This document shows positions 26,996 to 37,379 of a stretch of 54,931 nucleotides of DNA, one piece after another. This DNA is from Gemmatimonadaceae bacterium (lineage in GTDB: Bacteria; Gemmatimonadota; Gemmatimonadetes; Gemmatimonadales; Gemmatimonadaceae), in assembly GCA_033763905.1 (NCBI GenBank), contig JANRJP010000039.1, positions 1-54,931 of the forward strand. Direction: 5' to 3'. The position numbers were made by a program, and so were the translations under genes. The stretch's first letter is position 1. Each line of letters opens with the position of its first letter. Under the pieces are notes generated by a model, which did no database searches, was not told the DNA's origin, and saw nothing but the letters and a program-made list of their open reading frames with translations.

Positions 26996-28483
26996 GTGCT
27001 TCGCTCCGCGTCTCTCGCGGCGGCGCTCGCGGTCGTGGCCTGTTCGGGAGCGGACCGCAGCCCTGCTCCGCCTCGCGCCACCGTCTCATCCACGGCAACC
27101 GGCCCGGAAACCATCGTGCTCCGCGTGCCACGCACGGGGGGCACGGTGCAGGCCTTCCGCTGGCCCGATCTCGAACGCCCGGTCTGGTCGTCGCCCGCCC
27201 AGATCCCGCCGACGACGCGGATCGTGGACTTCGCCGCCGACATCGGTCGTCTCACGGTCGCCGACACCAGTGGCCGGCTGATCCGGCTCGACTTGCGACG
27301 CGCCACCGTGCAGCGGCCCTCAGTGCCGGTGCGCCTAGCGCTTGGCGGCGCCGCCGATGGCGAGTTGTTCGCGGCCGAGGCGTTGACGCGCGCGGTGTAT
27401 CGCACCGACGGCGCGGTGCAGTCGTGGCGGGCCAACCTCGTGGCGGCCCCGCAGGCGCTGGTGCCTTTGGCGCGAGGGGGCGTGCTGGCGGTGGCGGCGA
27501 TCGGTGATTCGCTCCTGCTCGATCGCTTCACGCCGCCGGACACCGCAGCCGCGGCGCGCGCCACTGTCGCGGCCGGCCTGCTGACATCGGAGGCCGCCGG
27601 CCGCGTGTGGGTGGCGCGTGCGGGCTCGGTCGACGCACTCGACGCCAAGACACTCGCCGTCGTCGCGACGGTACGCGACCTCCCCGCCGGGGCGCCGCTC
27701 GCGATCGCGACCACCCCGAGCGGCAACTCGGTGTTCGTCGTGCACGACAAGTCGCCCTCGGTGGAAGTGATCGATCGCTATCGCGGCGCCAAGAGCGCCT
27801 CGTGGGCACTCCCGGCGCCGGGGCGCGGCCTGCGCGTCGATCCATTGGGCCGCACCTTGCTGGTGCGACCGTGGCAGGGCGAATCCTCGTGGGCCGTGGA
27901 TATCGCCACGGGTCGCGTACGCTCCACCCTCTCGACGTCGTGGCGTGATGACCTGCCGCGCGTGCTGCCCGATGGGACGGTGTTGGTGGTGCTGGGGCCC
28001 GATGTGGCCTGGCTCGATGCCGACTCACTGCAGCGTCGCGGCGCCGTGTCCGGCGGTGCGTCGTCGTGGTGGCACGTGGTGCAGTGGGACGGCTTCCGCG
28101 CGCGCGGCGATGCCCCGCCGCCGCCGTCCTTCGACGGGATCGACACCGCCGTGGCGGACGCGATCGACTCCGCCATTGCGGCCACGGCGGCGGAAGATCG
28201 CGAGTCCGCCGAGTCCCCTCCGGACACCACCGCTACGCCCGCCGCGGACTCCGCCGCGCGGTGGCTGGTGTCGTTCGCCTCGACGGTGGACGATGCGCGC
28301 GCGCAGGCCTTGGCCGCGCAGCTGCGGGCCGGTGGCACCGCGGCGCGCGTGGTGAGCGTCGAGGGCGCTCGCGTGCGCTCCTATCGCGTGGTGCTCGGCC
28401 CCTTCGACACGCGCGACGCGGCGGTTCGTGCCGGTCGTGCGGCGGGACGTGAGCACTGGATCGTGAGCACCGCCGCGCCGTGA
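26996..28483 (+). CDS. Putative lipoprotein with beta-propeller-like region and C-terminal SPOR domain
   Basis: Start GTG 26996, lipobox VVAC; C-terminal WLVSFAS...YRVVLGPFDTRDAA. Confidence 0.7.
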   Translation: MLRSASLAAALAVVACSGADRSPAPPRATVSSTATGPETIVLRVPRTGGTVQAFRWPDLERPVWSSPAQIPPTTRIVDFAADIGRLTVADTSGRLIRLDLRRATVQRPSVPVRLALGGAADGELFAAEALTRAVYRTDGAVQSWRANLVAAPQALVPLARGGVLAVAAIGDSLLLDRFTPPDTAAAARATVAAGLLTSEAAGRVWVARAGSVDALDAKTLAVVATVRDLPAGAPLAIATTPSGNSVFVVHDKSPSVEVIDRYRGAKSASWALPAPGRGLRVDPLGRTLLVRPWQGESSWAVDIATGRVRSTLSTSWRDDLPRVLPDGTVLVVLGPDVAWLDADSLQRRGAVSGGASSWWHVVQWDGFRARGDAPPPPSFDGIDTAVADAIDSAIAATAAEDRESAESPPDTTATPAADSAARWLVSFASTVDDARAQALAAQLRAGGTAARVVSVEGARVRSYRVVLGPFDTRDAAVRAGRAAGREHWIVSTAAP

Positions 28484-29931
28484 CCGCCCCCGCGACGTTC
28501 GGGCCGCCGACGGATCCGCGGCTCTTGGCGTGGTTCGATGCCGGGGTGAAGGGCTCCACCGCGCTCAGCGGCCGGGCCTCGGCGGTCATCGTGGGCCGCG
28601 ATCCCGATGCCACCGCTTGGGCGGCGCTGGGGCTGGCCCGCGCGCTGGCCCCCATTCGCCGCGTGGCGCTGGGCGACCTGATCGGCGATGCGCCGCCGCT
28701 CGTGTCGCTGCTCGCGGACGGTCCCCCCGAGGGCATCGTCGATTCGTTCCTCTACGGCGTGTCGCTGAACCGCATCGCGCGGGAAGTGCGCGGCCTGCCG
28801 AACTGCTTCGTGCTGCCGAGCGGATCGGAGGACGTGCAACAGGAAGCCGTGCTCGCGAGCGACCGCTGGAAGCGATTGGCGGCAGGCTTCGGCGAGGTCG
28901 GCGCGATCCTGCTGCTCTGCGTCACGGCCGACGCGCCCGGCCTCGACGCCCTGGTGGAGCACGTGGGCGGCGCAGTGTGCGTCGGGACCGATGTGATTCT
29001 GGGGCCCAGCACGCAGACGATCACGACGTTGATCGGACCGGCGCGCGCCAGCGCGGCGGTGATCGCGCCGCTGCCGCCGCCCGAGAAGCCGCTGACGCAA
29101 CGGCCCACGACGGACTTCCGCGCGGTGCTGGACGACGCGATGCAGGCGTCGCCGCTGGACGCCGATGTGGCCGGTGGCTGGTCGCCGCCGCCGCCGGCGG
29201 CACCGCCGCCGAGCCGGGCGCGCCGGACGCTGATCATCACCTTGGTACTGCTCGCCACGATGGCCGGCGGCGCCGGATTGGCACGCTGGCGCTACCTGCG
29301 AATGCAGGCCACGGCCGCCGCCGCGGCCCCGCCGGTGGCGGTCACACCGTCGGCCCCTGTCGACAGCACGCCGACCGCCCCAGATACGGCGGCGGCGATC
29401 GACACGATGCCGATTGCCCCGCTCGAAGTGGCCAATCCCGCCGATTCCCTGTTGGCTGCCGGCTGGGCGGTCGAGCTGGTCGCCGAGAACACCGAGTCCG
29501 GTGCACGGGCGCGTCTGGCCGACCCGGAGCGGCCGATGGTCGCCGGCACGTGGTCGCCGTCGACCATCGCCGGCGGTCGCTCACTCTGGTACAAGGTGCT
29601 GGCGGGGGCCACCGTGACGCGCCCGGCGGCCGAGTCGCTGCTGGTGCAATTGCGTCGCGGCGGGGCGCTCGACGCCGAGGCCGGTCGGGTGGTCCGGGTG
29701 CCCTATGCGTTCCGGCTGGCTGCGGACGTCCCGTCGGACTCGGCAACCGCTTACCTTGCAGGGTTCGCGGGACTGGGCCTGCCGGCCTACGCCCTGCGAC
29801 GTCCCGACGGCCGTGCAGACGTGCTGTCCGGGGCGTTCGAATCGCCACAACAAGCAGCGCTCCACGTCCCTGCCTTGCGGGCAGCGCGGGTGGAGCCTGT
29901 TCTCGTCTATCGGACCGGGAGAGCGTTCTAA
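28480..29931 (+). CDS. Membrane protein with degenerate MinD/ParA-like N-terminal domain, one TM helix and SPOR-like C-terminal repeats
   Basis: RRVALGDL...GIVDSFLYGVSL...FVLPSG; TM LIITLVLLATMAGGAGLA; WAVELVA...WYKVLAGA and VLSGAFESP. Confidence 0.6.
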   Translation: MTAPATFGPPTDPRLLAWFDAGVKGSTALSGRASAVIVGRDPDATAWAALGLARALAPIRRVALGDLIGDAPPLVSLLADGPPEGIVDSFLYGVSLNRIAREVRGLPNCFVLPSGSEDVQQEAVLASDRWKRLAAGFGEVGAILLLCVTADAPGLDALVEHVGGAVCVGTDVILGPSTQTITTLIGPARASAAVIAPLPPPEKPLTQRPTTDFRAVLDDAMQASPLDADVAGGWSPPPPAAPPPSRARRTLIITLVLLATMAGGAGLARWRYLRMQATAAAAAPPVAVTPSAPVDSTPTAPDTAAAIDTMPIAPLEVANPADSLLAAGWAVELVAENTESGARARLADPERPMVAGTWSPSTIAGGRSLWYKVLAGATVTRPAAESLLVQLRRGGALDAEAGRVVRVPYAFRLAADVPSDSATAYLAGFAGLGLPAYALRRPDGRADVLSGAFESPQQAALHVPALRAARVEPVLVYRTGRAF

Positions 29932-32900
29932 GTGCGGCTCACCAAGCTGGAATTGATCGGCTTCAAGTCGTTTGCCGATGCCACCGAAGTGGTCTTCGAG
30001 CAGGGGGTGACGGCGATCGTCGGCCCCAATGGCTGCGGCAAGTCGAACGTGTCGGACGCGGTCCGGTGGGTCTTGGGCGAACAGCGCGCTCGGGCGCTGC
30101 GTGGGGCCAAGATGGAAGAAGTCATCTTCCAGGGCTCCTCGGCGCGCCGCCCGGTGAATGTGGCCGAAGTGTCGCTGCACTTCTCGAACGAAGATGGCGG
30201 CTTGCCGGTCCCGTTCCAGGAAGTCGTCATCACGCGTCGGCTGTCGCGGTCGGGAGAAAGCGAGTACTTCCTGAACCGCGCGCCCTGCCGCCTGCGCGAC
30301 ATCCACGATCTGGTCCGCGGCACGGGCCTGGGTGCCGACTCCGGTGTCGTGATCGAGTCGAAGATGATCGACGCGCTGCTGTCGGACCGTCCGGACGAAC
30401 GGCGGGAGCTCTTCGAAGAAGCGGCAGGTGTCGGCTTGTATCGCGATCGTCGCCGCAGCACCGAGCGCCGCCTCGAGGAGACGTCGCTCGACCTGCAGCG
30501 CTTGGACGACCTGATCACCGAGGTGCAGTCGCAGGTCCGCTCGCTCTCGCGGCAGCGCAAGCGCGCCGAGCGGGCGCAGGAGCTGACGCAGCGTCGCTTC
30601 GCGGTAGAACTGACGCTCGCGTCGCGCGAGATCGCGGCCTGGGCCGACGAACTCGCGGCGATGGAAGCGCAGGTCACCGAGCTCAAGGCGCAGGCGCCGC
30701 AGGCCGAAGCCGGTGTCCGCGAGGCCGAAGCCGCGCGCGACGCGGCGCACGGCACCCGGGCGGCGGCCGAAGCCGGGCGCGGCGAACTCGCCCGACTGGT
30801 CGCTGAGCAGCGCGCGCAGGTCGCAACCCTGCAGGGCGAAATCGCGGTGAGCGAAGAGCGCCAGCGCAACGCCGCGGAACGTCGGCAGCGTGCGGACCTC
30901 GAGCGCGCCGAGCGCGAAGCGCTGGGTGCGCAGGTGCAGGAAGACAAGGAGCGCGCCGAGATGGAGCGCGCCGGTGCCGACGCCGCCTTGGCCGAGGCGC
31001 GCGAGGTGCTGGCCCAGCGCACGAAGGACGAAGAAACGGCGCGTGCCGCGCTGGCGCAGTCGCGCTCGGCGGTGGACCAGGCCGAACGCGCGCTGCGATC
31101 GCTCGACGATCAGCGTCGTCAGCTCGAAATGGCGCGCGAATCTGCCGAACGCGAGCGCGGCGACGTCACGCAGAAGCTCGTGATTCTCGAAGAGGATCGC
31201 GTCGCGCTGGCGGATCAATTGGCGGTGTCGCTGCGCGAACGTGAAGCGGCGCAGGTGGCGCTGGCGGCCGCGCAGGCGGCGCTCGAAACGGCGGCCGCCG
31301 ACCGCGATGCCGCGTCGACGGCCCTTAAGGCCGCGCGCGAGCGCGAATCGATGGCGCGGCACGAGTTGGCACGGGCCGTCGATGCCGCGACGTCGGTGGC
31401 CGCGAAGGCGAACGCGCTCGAGGCGCTCGAACGCGACCGCGTCGGCTTGGCCCCTGGGGCGCAGCAGTTGCTCAAGGTGCGGGATCGCTTCGGCGACGGC
31501 GCCGTGCTTGGCCCGGTGACCGACTTCGTGACCGCCGCCCCCGACGCCGCCGCGCTGGTCGAACGCTTCCTTGGCAACACGATGCACGCGGTGGTGGTGC
31601 GCGATCGCCAAGTCGCGGATGCCGTGCGCGAGTGGCACGCCGATGCCAAGCCCGGCCCGCTGCTGCTCCTGCCGCTCGACGCGGCAATGGAGCTGGCCGA
31701 CGACGGCGAGTCGCTCGCCACGCAGGTGAGCATTGCCGACGTCCTGCGCGCGTGGGGCCGTGCGCTCCTCGGTCGCGTGCGCGCGCTGGATGGCGGTCGT
31801 GCGTTCGTCGATGCGCGCGGCGCGGTGTGGCTGCCGGGCGAGACGAGCGGCCCAGGTCCGCTGCAGCGCCGTGCCGAGCTGACGGCGTTGCGCGACGCAG
31901 AAGTGGCGGCCGCTGCCGCGCGCGATGCGGCGCTGGCGATGGCCGAGGCCGAGCGGGAAGCGGTGAACGCCGCCGAGGCCGCACTGCGGCACGCCACCGA
32001 CCAGTGGGAAGCGGCGCAGCTCGAAGCGCGTCGCGCCGATGCGCGTCGCGCCGAGAGCGAGCGCGAGGTGCAGCGCGCCGAGCGACAGGTGGCCGAGGCC
32101 GACCAGCTCGTCGAACGGCTCAAGCAGCGCGACACGGACCTCGCCGCGACGGTGCAGGCCAAGCTCGCCGAAGTCGAGGCCTTGGTCGTGACCGCTGCCG
32201 AGCGGACCCAGGCGGTGGAAGAAGCGCGCACCCACGTCGCGGCGGCCGAGCAGGCGCAGGATGCGGCCCGCGAAGCGCGCACCAACGCGCAGGTGGCCGA
32301 GGCTCAGGCCGATGCGCGGTTGCAGGTGGCCCGCGACCGTGCGCGCCGCCTCGCGCAGGAAGCCGAAGCGACGGTCGCGCGCTTGGCGCAGCTGTCGCTG
32401 GAACTGGATTCGCTGAACCAGAACGACGGCGCCTTGGCCACGCAGCTCGAGACGTGGCGCGGGGATCTCGCGGCGCGCCGGTCGGCGCTGGCGGATGCCG
32501 AAGCACGACTCGCCGAGTCGGAAGTGGCGGTGCAGCAGGCCGACGCCGCGCTGACGGCGGCCGAGCACGCGCTCGACGCCGCTCGGCGCAGTGCCGGCAC
32601 CGCAAGCGAGGCGCTGTTCCACGCCGAACTGCGTCACACCGAGCTGTCGGGTCGCCGTGCCGCCATTCGCGAACGCCTCGAAACCGAGTGGCGCAAGCCG
32701 ATGGAAGACCTCTTCGCCGGCTTCGTCGCACTCGAGACCGAGGACGCCGAGCTCAAGAGCGAAGCCGACGGCCTGCGCCAGCAGTTGGAGCAGCTGGGAC
32801 CGGTGAACCCGCTCGCGATCGAGGAGCACGAGGAAGAGGTCAAGCGCCTCGACTTCCTCACTCGCCAGCGCGACGACCTGCAGGAAGCGCGGCAGTCGCT

Positions 32901-33441
32901 CACCCAGGCGATTCGCGAAATCGACGCAACCGCGAAGGAGCTGTTCCTGGCGACGTTCGTGCAAGTGCGCGAGAACTTCCGTCAGATCTTTATGACGCTG
33001 TTCGGCGGCGGCGAATGCGACCTGCGCCTGGAGCACCCCGATCAGCCGCTCGAGGGCGACATCGAAGTGCACGCGAGCCCGCGCGGCAAGAAGACCCAGC
33101 GCATTCACCTGCTCTCCAGCGGTGAGCGGGCGCTCGTCGCGCTGTCCCTGCTCTTCGGCATCTTCCTCACCAAGCCGAGCCCGTTCTGTCTGCTCGACGA
33201 AGTGGACGCGCCGCTCGACGACCAGAACATCGGGCGCTTCGTGCGGATGCTCAACCAGTTCAAGTCGAACACGCAGTTCATCGTCATCACGCACAACCCG
33301 CGCACAACGACCGAAGCGGCCGATGCGGCGTACGGTGTGACGATGCAGGAACCGGGCGTGTCGAGCGTGGTCAGCGTGCGGCTCCGCGGACAGGCGATCG
33401 AGGAAGCCATCGCCGGCAACGTCGCGGTCGCGGCGCGCTGA
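29932..33441 (+). CDS. smc: Chromosome segregation protein SMC
   Basis: GFKSFAD, GPNGCGKSN, FEEAAG, coiled coils, LGPVN, LSSGER, LDEVDAPLD, ITHN; 1169 aa. Confidence 0.97.
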   Translation: MRLTKLELIGFKSFADATEVVFEQGVTAIVGPNGCGKSNVSDAVRWVLGEQRARALRGAKMEEVIFQGSSARRPVNVAEVSLHFSNEDGGLPVPFQEVVITRRLSRSGESEYFLNRAPCRLRDIHDLVRGTGLGADSGVVIESKMIDALLSDRPDERRELFEEAAGVGLYRDRRRSTERRLEETSLDLQRLDDLITEVQSQVRSLSRQRKRAERAQELTQRRFAVELTLASREIAAWADELAAMEAQVTELKAQAPQAEAGVREAEAARDAAHGTRAAAEAGRGELARLVAEQRAQVATLQGEIAVSEERQRNAAERRQRADLERAEREALGAQVQEDKERAEMERAGADAALAEAREVLAQRTKDEETARAALAQSRSAVDQAERALRSLDDQRRQLEMARESAERERGDVTQKLVILEEDRVALADQLAVSLREREAAQVALAAAQAALETAAADRDAASTALKAARERESMARHELARAVDAATSVAAKANALEALERDRVGLAPGAQQLLKVRDRFGDGAVLGPVTDFVTAAPDAAALVERFLGNTMHAVVVRDRQVADAVREWHADAKPGPLLLLPLDAAMELADDGESLATQVSIADVLRAWGRALLGRVRALDGGRAFVDARGAVWLPGETSGPGPLQRRAELTALRDAEVAAAAARDAALAMAEAEREAVNAAEAALRHATDQWEAAQLEARRADARRAESEREVQRAERQVAEADQLVERLKQRDTDLAATVQAKLAEVEALVVTAAERTQAVEEARTHVAAAEQAQDAAREARTNAQVAEAQADARLQVARDRARRLAQEAEATVARLAQLSLELDSLNQNDGALATQLETWRGDLAARRSALADAEARLAESEVAVQQADAALTAAEHALDAARRSAGTASEALFHAELRHTELSGRRAAIRERLETEWRKPMEDLFAGFVALETEDAELKSEADGLRQQLEQLGPVNPLAIEEHEEEVKRLDFLTRQRDDLQEARQSLTQAIREIDATAKELFLATFVQVRENFRQIFMTLFGGGECDLRLEHPDQPLEGDIEVHASPRGKKTQRIHLLSSGERALVALSLLFGIFLTKPSPFCLLDEVDAPLDDQNIGRFVRMLNQFKSNTQFIVITHNPRTTTEAADAAYGVTMQEPGVSSVVSVRLRGQAIEEAIAGNVAVAAR

Positions 33442-33471
33442 CGGCGTGCGGGCCCGCCGCCGGAACGCGTC

Positions 33472-34230
33472 GTGCAGGTGACCATCGTCGGCTCGGGGGC
33501 GGCCGCCCCGAGCGCGACGCGCGTGCAGGCGGGCGTGTATGTGTCGGCCGCCGACGTGCGGTTGCTCGTCGACTGCGGCTCGGGCGTGGCGCACCGGATG
33601 GCAGGCCTTGGGCTCGACTGGTCGGGCATTACGCATCTGGCGCTCACGCACTTTCACGCCGACCACCTGAGCGATCTCGCCACGCTGTTCGTGGCGTGGC
33701 GCTATGGCCAGTTGCCACCGCGCTCGGCCCCACTGCAGGTGCTGGGTCCGCCCGGCACGATCGAGCGGGTGCGCGCGGTATGCGCTGCACTGGGCGTGGA
33801 TGCGAGCACCTACGGCTTCCCGATCACGACGATCGAGCTGCGGCCCGGCGTGGCCGTGCCGCTCAGCCACGAGGTGTCGCTCACGGCGACGAAAGTACCG
33901 CACACCCCCGAAAGCGTGGCATATTGCCTGACGCACGCCGGGCGTCGGGCGGTGATCAGCGGCGACCTCTCGTACGACGAGGCCTTTGCCGATTGGGCCC
34001 GGGACGTCGACCTCCTGGTGATCGAGTGTTCGTTGCCGGCCGCGATGGCGGTCCCGACGCACCTGACCCCCGACGAGGTCGGTCGGCTGGCAGCGCGGGC
34101 ACGTCCGCAGCGGCTGGTGTGTACACATCTGTATCCGCCGCTCGAAGGGACGGACTTGGCGGGCGAAATCGCCCGGCACTTTGGCGGTTCGGTCACCGTC
34201 GGCTACGACGGGTGGACTGCAACACTGTAA
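33472..34230 (+). CDS. MBL-fold metallo-hydrolase (RNase Z/BN-like)
   Basis: VGSGAA, VDCGSG, THFHADH, SGD, IECS, HLTP, THLYP. Confidence 0.85.
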   Translation: MQVTIVGSGAAAPSATRVQAGVYVSAADVRLLVDCGSGVAHRMAGLGLDWSGITHLALTHFHADHLSDLATLFVAWRYGQLPPRSAPLQVLGPPGTIERVRAVCAALGVDASTYGFPITTIELRPGVAVPLSHEVSLTATKVPHTPESVAYCLTHAGRRAVISGDLSYDEAFADWARDVDLLVIECSLPAAMAVPTHLTPDEVGRLAARARPQRLVCTHLYPPLEGTDLAGEIARHFGGSVTVGYDGWTATL

Positions 34231-34242
34231 GAGGACAGGGCA

Positions 34243-35286
34243 ATGCTGGTGATGATGCGGCGGGACGCGACCGCCGAGCAGATACAGGCCGTATGCGATG
34301 CGATCACGGCGATGGGCTTCAAGCCGATCCCGATGCCGGGCAGCACGCGCACGGCCATCGGCCTCGTCGGCGATGACAGCCAGACCGATGGCACGCACAT
34401 CGAGGCGATGGCGGGCGTCGGCTCCGTGCTCTACGACTCGAAGCCGTACAAGCAGGTCTCGCGCGAGTGGAAGCCCGAGAAGACGCTGGTGACCTTGGCC
34501 ACCGGCGTGGTCTTCGGCGGCGACGAGGTCCCGGTGATCGCCGGGCCTTGCTCGGTCGAAAGCGAAGCGCAGATCGTGGCTGCCGCGCGTGCGGTGAAGG
34601 CCGCGGGCGCCGTCGCGCTGCGTGGCGGCGCGTTCAAGCCGCGCACGTCCCCCTACGCGTTCCAGGGACTGGGCAAGGTCGGACTCGAGATGCTCGCCAC
34701 CGCGCGGGCCGAAACCGGACTCGCCGTCGTCACCGAGGCGCTCGACGAAGCCGGCGCCGAGCTCGTGGCCGAGTACGCCGATATGGTCCAGTTGGGCGCG
34801 CGCAATATGCAGAACTTCGCCTTGCTCAAGCTGGTCGGTCGGCTCGGCAAGCCGGTCTTGCTCAAGCGCGGGATGAGCGCGACGATCACGGAACTGCTGC
34901 TTGCTGCCGAGTACATCCTGAACGAAGGCAATGCACAAGTCGTGATGTGCGAGCGCGGGATTCGCAGCTACGACACCGCCACGCGGAACGTGTTCGACGT
35001 CAGCGCGATTCCGGTGGTGCAGAAGCAGTCGCATCTGCCGATGGCCGCCGATCCGAGCCACGGCGTGGGGGTGCGCGATCTCGTGCCGTCGGCGGCGCGC
35101 GCCGCGATTGCGGCGGGGGCCGACGCGTTGATGATCGAGGTGCATCCCGACCCCGACAAGGCGCGCTCCGACGGCGTGCAGACGCTGGGCCCCGCGGCCT
35201 TCACCACGCTGATGGGCGAGCTGCGCGTGATTGCCGACGCGATCGGCCGCTCGATCGCCACCCTGCCCGAACCCGCGCGTCGGTGA
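34243..35286 (+). CDS. aroF: 3-deoxy-7-phosphoheptulonate synthase (type I-beta, N-terminal regulatory domain)
   Basis: [48 protein letters not shown]. Confidence 0.95.
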   Translation: MLVMMRRDATAEQIQAVCDAITAMGFKPIPMPGSTRTAIGLVGDDSQTDGTHIEAMAGVGSVLYDSKPYKQVSREWKPEKTLVTLATGVVFGGDEVPVIAGPCSVESEAQIVAAARAVKAAGAVALRGGAFKPRTSPYAFQGLGKVGLEMLATARAETGLAVVTEALDEAGAELVAEYADMVQLGARNMQNFALLKLVGRLGKPVLLKRGMSATITELLLAAEYILNEGNAQVVMCERGIRSYDTATRNVFDVSAIPVVQKQSHLPMAADPSHGVGVRDLVPSAARAAIAAGADALMIEVHPDPDKARSDGVQTLGPAAFTTLMGELRVIADAIGRSIATLPEPARR

Positions 35287-35972
35287 GAGCCGCGCGCTGG
35301 GCTCGTCTGGGCGCTCAAGCCGTCGCCATCGCCTGGCTGCTGGCGCCGACGGCCGCGGCCGCACAAACCAAGGCCGATTCGGTACTCGACCGCGCCGTGC
35401 AGTTGCACGGGAAGGTCGGCACCCTGCGCGCGACGTTCGTGCAGACGCTCACCAACCCACTCACCGGCGCCAAGGTGACGTCGCGTGGCGAGCTGCAGCA
35501 GAAGCCGCCGCGCTACCTGAGCGTGGTCTTCACCGAGCCGCGCGGCGACCGCATCGTGGCCGACGGCCAGTCGTTGTGGGTGCAACTGCCGAGCGCGATG
35601 CCCGACCAGATCCTGCGGTTGCCCCTGGGCGCCGCGGGCCCGGGACTCGGCGGCGTGGACTTGCTCGGACAGTTCTTCGAGAATCCGCGCGCGAAGTACA
35701 CCGTGTCCTCCATCGGCGCGGCGCGCGTCGATGGACGCGCGACGTACGCGCTGTCGCTCACCCCGAAGGACGGCGAGGGCCTGTTCGAAAAGGCGACGAT
35801 CTGGCTCGATGACGCGACCGGTTATCTGCGCCAGTTCGAGACGACGGATGCCAACGGTGTCGTCCGCAGCATTCGGCTCGTCCGGTTTCGGCCGGGGGCG
35901 CGACTCGACGATGGCGTGTTCCGTTTCGTGCCGCCAAAGGGGGCACGCATTCTTGAACGCCCGGGGATGTGA
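35283..35972 (+). CDS. lolA: Outer-membrane lipoprotein carrier protein LolA
   Basis: GTG 35283; signal peptide; [29 protein letters not shown]. Confidence 0.8.
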   Translation: MRAARWARLGAQAVAIAWLLAPTAAAAQTKADSVLDRAVQLHGKVGTLRATFVQTLTNPLTGAKVTSRGELQQKPPRYLSVVFTEPRGDRIVADGQSLWVQLPSAMPDQILRLPLGAAGPGLGGVDLLGQFFENPRAKYTVSSIGAARVDGRATYALSLTPKDGEGLFEKATIWLDDATGYLRQFETTDANGVVRSIRLVRFRPGARLDDGVFRFVPPKGARILERPGM

Positions 35973-37339
35973 TCGTGTCGGCCGGGAATGACACGGACGG
36001 GACGGCGGTCAGCGCCGCCACGCTGGCGGTCGAGCAGCAGGCCGAGCAGAGCATCTGGCGCGTCATCGTCGGCGCATCGGCGGGCACGCTGATCGAGTGG
36101 TACGACTTCTTCATTTTCGGCGCGCTCGCGAGCATCGTCGCCACCGAGTTCTACCCCGCCGGCAACAGCACGGCGAACTTCCTCAAGGCGCTGGCCACCT
36201 TTGGGGCCGGCTTTGCGGTGCGCCCGCTGGGCGCGCTGTTCTTCGGGCGCATCGGCGACATTGTCGGCCGGAAGTACACCTTCCTCGTGACACTGCTGCT
36301 GATGGGCAGCGCCACGGCGGCGATCGGCCTGATTCCGACCTATGCGCAGATCGGCATTGCCGCGCCGATCCTGCTCGTCGGGTGCCGCCTGCTGCAGGGC
36401 CTGGCCCTCGGCGGCGAGTACGGCGGCGCCGCCGTGTATGTCGCCGAGTACGCCCCCGATGGACGGCGCGGCTTCTACACCTCGTTCATCCAGACGACCG
36501 CGTCGCTCGGACTGCTGCTGTCCTTGCTCACGGTGTTGGGCACGCGGTCCCTGCTTGGCGAGGATGCGTTCAAGGCGTGGGGCTGGCGCATTCCGTTCCT
36601 GCTGTCGGTCGTGCTGATTGCGGTGTCGTACGTGATCCGTCGCCGGATGCAGGAGTCGCCACTCTTCGCGCGGCTCAAGGCGGAAGGCAAGACGTCGCGA
36701 GCCCCCATCCGCGATTCCTACCGCACCGCGGCGCAGTGGAAGCTCTTCTTCGTCGTGCTCTTCGGCATCACCGCCGGCCAAGCTGTGATCTTCTACACGA
36801 GCCAGTTCTACGCCCAGATCTTCCTCGAGAAGTCGGTCGGCCTCGCGCCGAGCGTGGCCAACTGGGTGGTCGTCGGCGGCATCGTGCTCGCGACGCCGGC
36901 GTTCGTGTACTTCGGATCGCTGTCCGACCGCATTGGCCGCAAGAAGGTGATGGTCGCCGGCAATCTGCTCGCCGCCGCACTCTGGCTGCCGATCTTCCGC
37001 GGCTTCGAGTACTTCAAGGCACAGCCGGTGGTGTTGGCGCTGCTGGTTGCGCTGCAGGTGGTCTTCGTCGCGATGACCTACGGCCCGATCGCCGCGTATC
37101 TCGTCGAAGCGTTCCCAGCCAAGATCCGCTACACCTCGCTGTCGCTGCCGTATCACCTGGGCAACGGCTGGTTCGGCGGATTCACGCCGCTCATTGCAGC
37201 GTCCGCCGTAGCGTCGACCGGCTCGAAGTATGCCGGGCTCTACTACCCGATCGCGATCACGCTGATGACCGCCGTCATCGGCGGTCTCTTCGCGAAGGAA
37301 ACCAACCGCACGTCGACCTGGCACGAGCTCGACGAGTAA
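35969..37339 (+). CDS. MFS transporter (metabolite:H+ symporter family)
   Basis: GTLIEWYDF, RPLGALFFGRIGD, QGLALGGEYGGA, WGWRIPF, SDRIGRK. Confidence 0.93.
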   Translation: MIVSAGNDTDGTAVSAATLAVEQQAEQSIWRVIVGASAGTLIEWYDFFIFGALASIVATEFYPAGNSTANFLKALATFGAGFAVRPLGALFFGRIGDIVGRKYTFLVTLLLMGSATAAIGLIPTYAQIGIAAPILLVGCRLLQGLALGGEYGGAAVYVAEYAPDGRRGFYTSFIQTTASLGLLLSLLTVLGTRSLLGEDAFKAWGWRIPFLLSVVLIAVSYVIRRRMQESPLFARLKAEGKTSRAPIRDSYRTAAQWKLFFVVLFGITAGQAVIFYTSQFYAQIFLEKSVGLAPSVANWVVVGGIVLATPAFVYFGSLSDRIGRKKVMVAGNLLAAALWLPIFRGFEYFKAQPVVLALLVALQVVFVAMTYGPIAAYLVEAFPAKIRYTSLSLPYHLGNGWFGGFTPLIAASAVASTGSKYAGLYYPIAITLMTAVIGGLFAKETNRTSTWHELDE

Positions 37340-37379
37340 CTCGCTCGGCTCGGCGGATTACCGCGCGCGCCTCAGCGGG

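Noticed and set aside
29581..35364. 1927-aa minus-strand ORF
   Set aside because: Antisense shadow of smc, the MBL hydrolase and aroF; no recognisable motifs. High GC suppresses stops on the opposite strand.
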